Assembly: GCA_029933565.1 (NCBI GenBank)
Contig: JAOZNY010000002.1
Coordinates: forward strand, 1-41,969
Direction of reading: 5' to 3'
Origin: Bacteroidales bacterium
GTDB taxonomy: Bacteria > Bacteroidota > Bacteroidia > Bacteroidales > F082
DNA length: 41,969 nt
Both the position numbers and the translations under genes were made by a program. Positions within the stretch are counted from its first letter, which is position 1, and every line of letters begins with the position of its first letter. Below are positions 17,706 through 25,372 of the stretch, one piece after another. Under the pieces are notes generated by a model, which had not been told where the DNA came from, searched no databases, and saw nothing but the letters and a program-made list of their open reading frames with translations.

Positions 17706-17997
17706 AGTAATTATTTCTGATTCTGCCACGGTAGATATTAAAGAAAATGCCTAGTGGTACAATAAACAACAAAAAGGACTTGGTAAGCAGTTTGTTGAAA
17801 GCATTAAAGAATGTGTTAGAATCATTAAACTACAACCCGAAAGTTTTCAATTAAGATACAAAAATAATCGAGTTGGTATTCCCGATAAATTCCCTTATCT
17901 CATAATTTACAATATTAACAAGGTCAATAAGACCATAAGTATTATTGCGGTTTTCCACTCTTCGCAAAATCCTGATAAATGGATGAATAAGGTTTAA
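17683..17997 (+). pseudogene. RelE/ParE family toxin gene interrupted by one in-frame amber codon
   Basis: From the ATG at 17683 the frame reads MKSKKIYKVIISDSATVDIKENA*WYNKQQKGLGKQFVESIKECVRIIKLQPESFQLRYKNNRVGIPDKFPYLIIYNINKVNKTISIIAVFHSSQNPDKWMNKV. The TAG is at 17752-17754 (codon 24) and the rest is intact to the TAA at 17995-17997. The ORF track missed it because both halves are short. Confidence 0.75.
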
Positions 17998-18187
17998 TAT
18001 GGTTTGCTTTTTTAGGTTTATAAAACAAATTATAATATTAAGCAAATAGATTTACAAATTCACAGAACACTCAAAACATCAATCGTTTTAAATCTCCAAA
18101 AACTTGAGACTTATGGGCATTTTTTATACTAAGCAAATACCTTTTGTCGAATTAACATTTAGTTCACATCCAAATCCATCAATTTGT

Positions 18188-18195
18188 TATTTTTG
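18188..18195 (+). promoter_or_regulatory. Candidate -7 box (TATTTTTG) for the GT3-GT35 fusion gene
   Basis: TAnnTTTG on the + strand, 61 nt upstream of the ATG at 18256. Confidence 0.35.
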
Positions 18196-18255
18196 CCCGC
18201 TTGTTTAAAATGTGGCCTTTGGAATTTCAAAAGGCATTAATCTGATATTATAAGA

Positions 18256-21200
18256 ATGACAAAAAATATAAAACCTGATTTTATTTTTGAAACCAGTTGG
18301 GAAATCTGTAATAAGATTGGTGGCATTTACACCGTTGTTTCCACCAAGGCAAAAAGCATAGTTGATCAATACAAAGAGAACTATGTTTTAATTGGTCCCG
18401 ACGTTTGGAAAAGTACCGAAGAGAACCCCGATTTTATTGAAGACAAAGAACTGTTTTCCGAATGGAAACCCACAGCAATTAAAAAGGGACTTAAAATTAG
18501 AGCCGGACGCTGGAATATCGAAAGCAGCCCAAAGGTTATTTTAATAGATTTTACAAATTTCTTCCCCAAAAAGGATGAAATTTTTACCAAACTATGGGAA
18601 GATTACAAACTCGATTCGCTACATGGCAGATGGGACTACATTGAACCTACAATATTTGGATATGCTGCCGGAATGGTGGTTGAAAGTTTCTCTGACTTTT
18701 ATTTAGATGATAAAACTGTTGTGGCTCATTTTCACGAATGGATGACAGGTAGTGGTGTTCTTTACCTTAAGGAAAATGCACCCCAAATTGGAACAGCATT
18801 TACAACCCATGCTACGGTTTTAGGAAGGTCGGTTGCAGGAAATGGATTACCCCTTTACGATAATCTTGAAACCTACGATGCCCAAACAATGGCCAATACT
18901 TTTCAGGTAAAAAGTAAACATTCGCTGGAAAGTCTTTCTGCAATTAATGCCGATGCATTTACAACTGTTAGTAGCATTACCGCAAAGGAATGTAAACAGT
19001 TTTTTGGTAAGCAACCCGATGTGATTACAATTAATGGTTTCGAAGAAAAGTTTGTGCCTCAGGGAAATGATTTTGAGAAGAAGAGAAAAATTGCTCGTAA
19101 AAAGGCAATAGAAATAGCCTCTAAACTGGCAGGAAGAAAAATTGGCACCAACGCACTTTTAGTATTAAACAGCGGGCGATATGAGTTTAGGAATAAAGGG
19201 ATAGATATATTTATCGATGCCCTTGAGAAATTGAATAGAGATGAAAATATTAATCGTGAAATAGTTGCTTTTATTACTGTTCCCACATCTCACCACGAAC
19301 CTTACAATCTGTTTAAAACCAAAGGCGCAGAGGTAGAAAACCGTTTCCTTACGCATCACATCCATCATCCTGAGCACGACCCTGTTCTAAATCATGCCTA
19401 CGCAAAACAAATAAACCGTGACGGCTCTAAAGTTACTTTAGTTTTTGTACCTGCATATCTTAATGGCAACGACAAAGTTGTGAACCTTGAATATTACGAT
19501 TTCCTTATAGGTTTCGATTTATCGGTTTTTCCATCTTACTACGAACCATGGGGTTACACACCTTTGGAAAGCATTGCCTTTAAGGTTCCAACAATAACAA
19601 CCAACTACGCAGGTTTTGGTGATTGGGCGAAAAGTAATTTTAAGTTAAAGGAAAAATCTGTTCTCGTTATCGAAAGAAAAGAGGATGGTGACCAGGATGC
19701 TGCTCATAAGATTTATGAGAGGATAAAGGGATTTGCCAAAGTTAAAGACAAGACGAAAGTAGTTGAAGAGGCAAAAACAGTTTGCCAGAAGGCATTGTGG
19801 AACGATTTATCAGAAAACTATTTTGAGGCTTGGGGGATGGCTGCTAAAAAAGCAGTAGCAAGAGTACCTAAAAAGCCCGGTATTAAAACAACAAAGAATT
19901 CAAAAGTGGAAGCAAAAATTACAAATAATACTCCGGAATGGAAAAAGATATTAGTTGAGCCGGCATTGCCAGAACAATTGGAGCCCTTAAAAGAAATGGC
20001 CTACAATCTTTGGTGGTCGTGGAACAGCAGAGCAAGCGATTTGTTTGCATCAATAAAACCAAAAATATGGAATGAGATTGAACAAAACTCTGTTTTGTTA
20101 ATTGAAATGCTTTCCATGGATGATGTTGATAAATTACTGAACGACATCAGATTTATGAAGGAGCTTAGTGAAGTTTATGCTGAGTTTAAAAAATATATGG
20201 CAAAAGCCGACGAAAGGACTAATGGTAAAATTGCCTACTTCAGTATGGAATATGGCCTGCACGTTAGTTTAAAAATCTACTCAGGCGGTTTGGGAATTCT
20301 AGCAGGTGATTATTTAAAGCAGGCCAGCGATTCGAATAAAAATTTATTTGCTGTAGGCCTACTTTATCGCTTTGGTTATTTCAAGCAAGTGCTTACACAT
20401 TTTGGAGAGCAGATTGCCGATTACAATGCACAAAAGTTTACACAATTACCAATTCTTCCCCTTAGGGATGAAAATGGCGATTGGGTTGTTGTGAAGGTTG
20501 CTCTGCCAGGCAGGACGGTTATGGCTAAGGCATGGCAGGTTAATGTTGGTAGGATTAAACTTTATTTACTCGATACCGACACTAAAGAGAACTCTTTTGA
20601 AGATCAGCATATTACTCACCAACTTTATGGTGGTGATAACGAAAATCGCCTCAAGCAAGAAATGATTTTGGGTTTGGGAGGTATTAGGCTGATTAACAGT
20701 TTGGGTTTAAAACCCAATATTTACCATAACAACGAAGGCCATGCAGCTTTTAGCGGACTCGAAAGACTTAGGAATTATATCGATGAACTGGGAATTGATT
20801 TTAGTCTTGCCAAAGAAATTGTGAGGTCGAGCACATTGTTTACAACTCACACTCCTGTGCCTGCCGGGCATGATTCATTTGAAGAACATTTGCTTAGAGC
20901 TTACCTGCCACACTTTAGTGATGCTCTTCAGCTTAGCTGGCATGATTTTATTGGCTTGGGTAGGTTTAACAATAACGACCAAAACGAGAAGTTTTCCATG
21001 AGTGTGCTTGCAACTAACCTATCGCAGGAAGTAAATGGTGTGAGCAAAATTCATGGTAGGGTTTCAAGGGAAATGTTCGCAAAATTATATCCTGGCTACT
21101 TTGCCGACGAACTTAACATTGGGCATGTTACTAATGGCGTTCATTATTATACCTGGACTGCTCCTGTTTGGCAGCAATTGTATCGTGATGTTTTTGGCGC

Positions 21201-22467
21201 TGATTTTGAGAATAATCAGCCCGATGCAAAAAGATGGCAAAAAATAATGAGTGTTCCGGATGATGTAATCTGGAATAAGCGCATTGAGTTGAAATCTCAA
21301 TTGATTAAAGAACTTAAAACTAAACTTAGAAAAGATCTGACTGCAAAAGCAGAAAATCCGAAATTGATTGCCAGTATGCTTTCTAAATTTGATGAGAAGG
21401 CATTGATTATTGGTTTTGCACGTAGGTTTGCAACCTATAAAAGGGCACATTTATTGTTTTCCAACCTCGAAAGACTTGAAGCTATTGTAAATCGCAAAAA
21501 GAAACCAATATTCTTTTTCTTTGCTGGAAAGGCACATCCTAACGATAAAGCAGGTCAGGATTTGATTAAGAGGATAATTGAAATATCGAAGATGCCTCAA
21601 TTTATTGGAAAGATAATTTTTATCGATAATTACGATATGACCATTGGTAAATTACTTACCAGCAGCGTTGATATTTGGTTAAATACGCCTACGCGTCCGT
21701 TGGAGGCTTCGGGCACTAGTGGCGAGAAAGCAGTGATGAATGGCGTGGTCAACTTTAGTGTGCTTGATGGTTGGTGGGCCGAAGGTTATACTCCAGGAGC
21801 CGGATGGGCTGTCGAAGAAACCCGTAGTTATGAGAATCAATATTTTCAGGATGAACTTGATGCTGAAACAATTTATTCTACCCTTGAGAATGATATTTCG
21901 AAAATTTATTATAAGCAAGATGAAAAAGGTGTTTCTGAAAAATGGGTTTCTCACATAAAAAATACAATTGCAAAAATAGCCCCGCATTTTACAATGCAAA
22001 GGATGGTGGAAGATTATTGCAGTAAGTTCTATGGAAAACTATTTGAAAGACAGAAATTAATCTCTCAGAATAATTTTGAGAAAGCACGCGAACTGGTTAA
22101 CTGGAAAAATACTGTTCTGCAAAGTTGGGATAACATTAGCGTAGTGTCGATGCATGTACCTGACGTAGAAAAAGGCCCCGTTGAGTTCGGTACAATGTTT
22201 AATGCCGAAATAGTATTAAACCTGGCTGGTTTAAATAGCGATGATATCGGTGTTGAGATACTTATGGGCAACAAAAAAGACGATGAAGTAAAGGAAGTTA
22301 CTTTTAAGCAGGAACTAGCAGTAATGGTTACTGATGAAGGACAAGCAAAGTATAGTTGTAATTTTTCATTGAAGAATGCAGGAGTTTATGATTATACTTT
22401 CAGGGTTTTTCCAAAGAATAGTTTACTGGCTTACAGAATGGACTTCCCACTTGTAAAATGGCTTTAA
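18256..22467 (+). CDS. Bifunctional fusion: eukaryote-type GT3 glycogen synthase (N-terminal ~545 aa) plus GT35 alpha-glucan phosphorylase (C-terminal ~840 aa)
   Basis: GT3 hallmarks: FETSWEICNKIGGIYTVV, HFHEWMTG, FPSYYEPWGYTPLE. Phosphorylase hallmarks: WWSWN N-terminal region, YFSMEYGL, SGGLGILAGDYLKQASD and the PLP-lysine motif EASGTSGEKAVMNG (Lys codon 21727-21729). It is one uninterrupted 1403-aa frame. Confidence 0.9.
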   Translation: MTKNIKPDFIFETSWEICNKIGGIYTVVSTKAKSIVDQYKENYVLIGPDVWKSTEENPDFIEDKELFSEWKPTAIKKGLKIRAGRWNIESSPKVILIDFTNFFPKKDEIFTKLWEDYKLDSLHGRWDYIEPTIFGYAAGMVVESFSDFYLDDKTVVAHFHEWMTGSGVLYLKENAPQIGTAFTTHATVLGRSVAGNGLPLYDNLETYDAQTMANTFQVKSKHSLESLSAINADAFTTVSSITAKECKQFFGKQPDVITINGFEEKFVPQGNDFEKKRKIARKKAIEIASKLAGRKIGTNALLVLNSGRYEFRNKGIDIFIDALEKLNRDENINREIVAFITVPTSHHEPYNLFKTKGAEVENRFLTHHIHHPEHDPVLNHAYAKQINRDGSKVTLVFVPAYLNGNDKVVNLEYYDFLIGFDLSVFPSYYEPWGYTPLESIAFKVPTITTNYAGFGDWAKSNFKLKEKSVLVIERKEDGDQDAAHKIYERIKGFAKVKDKTKVVEEAKTVCQKALWNDLSENYFEAWGMAAKKAVARVPKKPGIKTTKNSKVEAKITNNTPEWKKILVEPALPEQLEPLKEMAYNLWWSWNSRASDLFASIKPKIWNEIEQNSVLLIEMLSMDDVDKLLNDIRFMKELSEVYAEFKKYMAKADERTNGKIAYFSMEYGLHVSLKIYSGGLGILAGDYLKQASDSNKNLFAVGLLYRFGYFKQVLTHFGEQIADYNAQKFTQLPILPLRDENGDWVVVKVALPGRTVMAKAWQVNVGRIKLYLLDTDTKENSFEDQHITHQLYGGDNENRLKQEMILGLGGIRLINSLGLKPNIYHNNEGHAAFSGLERLRNYIDELGIDFSLAKEIVRSSTLFTTHTPVPAGHDSFEEHLLRAYLPHFSDALQLSWHDFIGLGRFNNNDQNEKFSMSVLATNLSQEVNGVSKIHGRVSREMFAKLYPGYFADELNIGHVTNGVHYYTWTAPVWQQLYRDVFGADFENNQPDAKRWQKIMSVPDDVIWNKRIELKSQLIKELKTKLRKDLTAKAENPKLIASMLSKFDEKALIIGFARRFATYKRAHLLFSNLERLEAIVNRKKKPIFFFFAGKAHPNDKAGQDLIKRIIEISKMPQFIGKIIFIDNYDMTIGKLLTSSVDIWLNTPTRPLEASGTSGEKAVMNGVVNFSVLDGWWAEGYTPGAGWAVEETRSYENQYFQDELDAETIYSTLENDISKIYYKQDEKGVSEKWVSHIKNTIAKIAPHFTMQRMVEDYCSKFYGKLFERQKLISQNNFEKARELVNWKNTVLQSWDNISVVSMHVPDVEKGPVEFGTMFNAEIVLNLAGLNSDDIGVEILMGNKKDDEVKEVTFKQELAVMVTDEGQAKYSCNFSLKNAGVYDYTFRVFPKNSLLAYRMDFPLVKWL

Positions 22468-22521
22468 GCAGACAAAAATTAAAATAAAAAGCACAATGTT
22501 TTTTTATATTAAAAAATGTTT

Positions 22522-22529
22522 TACTTTTG
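22522..22529 (+). promoter_or_regulatory. Candidate -7 box (TACTTTTG) for rpsT
   Basis: TAnnTTTG on the + strand, 40 nt upstream of the ATG at 22569. Confidence 0.45.
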
Positions 22530-22568
22530 CAGCCCGAAATTAAGGATATAAAATAACTAATAAGAATT

Positions 22569-22823
22569 ATGGCTAATCATAAATCAGCACTTAAAAGAAT
22601 AAGGCAGACAGAAGCAAGAAGAGTTCACAATCGTTATTATGCAAGAACAATGCGTAGTTCAGTGAGTAAATTCAGGACTTTAACTGCTAAGAAAGATGCA
22701 GAAGAGCAAATGCCTAAGGTTTTTGCAATAATTGATAAAATGGCTAAAAAGAATATTATCCATAAGAATAAAGCCGGTAATATTAAGTCGAGTATTGCAA
22801 AATTTGCAAACAGCCTTTCTTAA
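22569..22823 (+). CDS. rpsT: 30S ribosomal protein S20
   Basis: MANHKSALKRIRQTEARRVHNRYY... is the canonical S20 N-terminus. The protein is 84 aa and basic. Confidence 0.95.
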   Translation: MANHKSALKRIRQTEARRVHNRYYARTMRSSVSKFRTLTAKKDAEEQMPKVFAIIDKMAKKNIIHKNKAGNIKSSIAKFANSLS

Positions 22824-22850
22824 GTAAAACATAGGTTTAAAAAATATTAG

Positions 22851-22885
22851 AGCCTGTTCACCTTTTGGTGGACAGGCTTTTTCTG
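22851..22885 (+). terminator. Intrinsic terminator of rpsT
   Basis: agcctgttcacc-tttt-ggtggacaggct forms a 12-bp stem with one G-U pair, followed by tttttctgttt. Confidence 0.8.
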
Positions 22886-23032
22886 TTTATTAAAGCAAGC
22901 AATTTGTCTGGGTTTTAAATTCGAAACCTTACTAAGCCTTTTTTTTTGAATTGTCATCGAATCCGCAACACAAGCATATTCGTATTAAAAATAAATGTGA
23001 TGCGGTGAGAAATCTGCTTAGAACAACTGAAA

Positions 23033-23106
23033 TCTCGTCCTCGTTTTTAACGAGGATGTTGGTGTTTTCATCTTGCATAGCATCCTCGTCGCAGACGAGG
23101 ACGAGA
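23033..23106 (+). repeat. 74-nt GC-rich four-arm palindrome in the radC leader
   Basis: Arm A tctcgtcctcg (23033-43) pairs perfectly with A' cgaggacgaga (23096-106). Arm B cgaggatg (23051-58) pairs perfectly with B' catcctcg (23081-88). The internal loops are symmetric, 7 nt each. A/B and B'/A' can instead fold as two local hairpins. Confidence 0.6.
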
Positions 23107-23145
23107 CGTGTCCTATTCCTTCAAATAAATACTTATCTTAGCCCT

Positions 23146-23844
23146 ATGGAAAAAAACCCAACAAAAAGACCTATTAGCCAATGGGCCGAAGACGACCGTC
23201 CGCGCGAAAAGTTGGCTATTAAAGGTAAGTCAGTTTTGTCTGATGCTGAGTTAATTGCCATTTTGATTGGTTCTGGAAACACCGAACAATCGGCAGTTGA
23301 ACTTTCGCAACAGATACTCAAGGATGTTGACGATAATTTAATAGAACTTTCAAAACTCTCAATTACCGACCTTCAAAAATACAAAGGCATTGGTGAAGCA
23401 AAGGCAATAAGCATAGTTGCTGCTCTTGAACTGGGAAAACGCAGGCTTAGCAGTAAGGCTTTGTCGAAGAAAAAAGTAACTTCCAGCAGGGATGCCTACG
23501 ATCTGTTCCTGCCATTTTTAATGGATCGCTACGACGAGGAATTTAGGATGCTGTTGCTGGATCGTTCGAACAAAATAATTAAAAATCTCAGTGTTGGCGA
23601 AGGGGGTTTTGCAGGAACAGTTGCCGACCCCAAAAAGATATTCAAACTAGCCTTGCAGCATAATGCCTCTTCAATTATTCTCGGGCATAATCACCCATCT
23701 AATAATACTTCGCCCAGCGATACAGATATCAGTTTAACAAAAAAAATACGTAGAGCAGGTGAGTCCCTCGATATTTCTGTCCTCGACCACATTATAGTTG
23801 GCAACGACACCTACTATAGTTTTGCCGATGAAGGGGTGATATAA
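23146..23844 (+). CDS. radC: RadC-family JAB/MPN domain protein
   Basis: MEKNPTKRPISQWAEDDRPREKL is the typical RadC N-terminus. It has an HhH region (YKGIGEAKAISI) and a JAMM motif (HNHPSNNTSPSDTD). I chose the ATG at 23146. The track's longer ORF from 22951 (TTG) just reads through the palindrome. Confidence 0.9.
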   Translation: MEKNPTKRPISQWAEDDRPREKLAIKGKSVLSDAELIAILIGSGNTEQSAVELSQQILKDVDDNLIELSKLSITDLQKYKGIGEAKAISIVAALELGKRRLSSKALSKKKVTSSRDAYDLFLPFLMDRYDEEFRMLLLDRSNKIIKNLSVGEGGFAGTVADPKKIFKLALQHNASSIILGHNHPSNNTSPSDTDISLTKKIRRAGESLDISVLDHIIVGNDTYYSFADEGVI

Positions 23845-23962
23845 CTTTGAGGTGAGGAAAGGTTGTTAGATTAGGAAATTGGATTGATGGGATGTTGATG
23901 GGTTTTATTTCCAAAAAAGAAACAGTTTGTTATTGTGAACAACAAGAAAGAATCCACTAATT

Positions 23963-25183
23963 TTAATACAAAAAACCAAATAACCAAAGAGGTATTTTGT
24001 TAAAAATACCTACTTCAATATCGTCGATGGCAAGGAAAGTATTTTCCAACCCTTTTAGTTGAACATCAGATTTATTTTTCCCGCCTATTTCAACTACATG
24101 TTTATTGTTCAATAAAAAGTCACCAGAGGGTGGCGTAGTAATATTATTATTGCTTGCAACCTGACTAAAAAAGAATATTTCGCGTAGAGTACCCTTATTA
24201 ATATTGTATGGCTCAAGGGCATATGCAAGGTTAGTGTTTGCAATATAAAGTTTGTTAGGTTTCCGCATAATCTTGTCGCCAGTAACTTTTTTTGATAGGC
24301 TTCGGATTAGTTCTGCTTTCTCCAGATATGTCATATAATTTAGGAGTGTCCTTTGATCGGTAATACCAATTTTTTTGCCTATGGTCGTTAAGTTTGGGGT
24401 GTATGGAACCGATGTTGCAATTACTGCCAACAACTTCTTCATCTTTTGTACGCTTAAATATGGTATATCAACAACTGCAGGGATGTCAGATTCCATTATC
24501 ACCGTTATTACGTTTTTTAAGCGTTCATAGTATTTGTCCTTATCTTCATCGTAGAATGCAAAATATCCCCATTTAAGATATTCTTGAAATTTTGCAAGTA
24601 TCACTGTCTTTGAACTAATGTCTCTGGCGAGTACAGTATGTTTTTTTAGCAGTTCATGCAGGCTTATTGCCTGATGATCAATTATGTTATTCATTACAAG
24701 GTATTCCCTAAATGACAATCCTGGCAAAAAATATGGGCTTACTCGGCGACTAAGGTCTCCAATACCTTTAATGAGTTGGATGGTTGAAGAACCTGAATAA
24801 ACTATACGGAGTTTTGGGTAACGGTCGTATGAAGCTTTAATTTCCCCCGACCAATCTGCCCTGTCATTTTTAGGCAGATATTTATGTACCTCATCAATAA
24901 ATATATGTCGCCCACCGTATTTTACAAATTTGTCAATTGTGTCAATTAAACTATTAGTATAAAAATATGGGTCGTCAGCAGAAAAGTAGAGTACAGAAGT
25001 ATCACCAGCATCGTAGTTCAATTTTATGTATTGCAGCATTAGTGTTGTTTTACCAACACCTCTGGCCCCTGTAATTTCAATCAGACGTGGTTTCCAATTA
25101 ATTTTGTGATACAATGATCTTTTAAATTCAATTGGTGTTTCGTCCAGTAGTCTGTTGTTTATTTCGTAAAGTACATCCATCAT
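23963..25183 (-). CDS. AAA+ ATPase of the COG1373 type (AAA_14 plus DUF4143)
   Basis: Walker A GARGVGKTT and Walker B HIFIDEVH. The C-terminal region has the winged-helix-like and DUF4143-like layout. The ATG at 25183 (MMDVLYE..) is preferred over the TTG at 25204 because a -7 box sits at 25202-25209. Confidence 0.8.
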   Translation of the reverse strand: MMDVLYEINNRLLDETPIEFKRSLYHKINWKPRLIEITGARGVGKTTLMLQYIKLNYDAGDTSVLYFSADDPYFYTNSLIDTIDKFVKYGGRHIFIDEVHKYLPKNDRADWSGEIKASYDRYPKLRIVYSGSSTIQLIKGIGDLSRRVSPYFLPGLSFREYLVMNNIIDHQAISLHELLKKHTVLARDISSKTVILAKFQEYLKWGYFAFYDEDKDKYYERLKNVITVIMESDIPAVVDIPYLSVQKMKKLLAVIATSVPYTPNLTTIGKKIGITDQRTLLNYMTYLEKAELIRSLSKKVTGDKIMRKPNKLYIANTNLAYALEPYNINKGTLREIFFFSQVASNNNITTPPSGDFLLNNKHVVEIGGKNKSDVQLKGLENTFLAIDDIEVGIFNKIPLWLFGFLY

Positions 25184-25201
25184 TATTTTATTAATGCATT
25201 G

Positions 25202-25209
25202 CAAAGATA
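25202..25209 (-). promoter_or_regulatory. Candidate -7 box (TATCTTTG) for the AAA ATPase
   Basis: TAnnTTTG on the minus strand, 19 nt upstream of the ATG at 25183. Confidence 0.4.
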
Positions 25210-25217
25210 ATTTAAAT

Positions 25218-25295
25218 TGTAATGAGATACAAGAAAAAGCGAATTAAAGTGTAATGCAGTACATATAAAATAATGTTAACACGTAATGAATTACA
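25218..25295. promoter_or_regulatory. Three direct repeats (T/C)GTAATGnnnTACA with exact 32-bp phasing (operator/iteron-like)
   Basis: GTAATG starts at 25219, 25251 and 25283. Each is followed by 3 variable nt and TACA, and flanked by TTAA(A/C) upstream and an A-rich tail. Each box is itself a TGTA-N6-TACA half-palindrome. Confidence 0.6.
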
Positions 25296-25372
25296 ATAAA
25301 TGGAGGCTAGATAATAAACTAAATTGCCAAATAGGGAGGCGAATCACAATATTTCAATTGAATCTCTAGGAA

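Noticed and set aside
17851-18045. 64-aa minus-strand ORF downstream of the antitoxin
   Set aside because: It is antisense to the clearly RelE/ParE-like (amber-interrupted) frame on the + strand, so the + strand reading explains the region.
22886-23032. Possible tRNA or other small RNA gene between rpsT and radC
   Set aside because: No cloverleaf-compatible segments were found: no acceptor stem, TPsiC GTTCRANYC-like box or D-loop consensus. Nothing could be supported.
22951-23145. N-terminal 65-aa extension of the radC ORF in the track (start at 22951)
   Set aside because: It starts at TTG. Its translation (..SSSFLTRMLVFSSCIASSSQTRTRRV..) merely reads through the GC-rich palindrome. A canonical RadC N-terminus begins at the ATG at 23146.
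25218-25295. The three direct repeats as a mini-CRISPR array
   Set aside because: The repeats are only 13-14 nt with variable centres, the spacers are 18-19 nt, there are only three copies, and no cas genes are present. A promoter-proximal position and helical phasing fit a protein-binding array instead.
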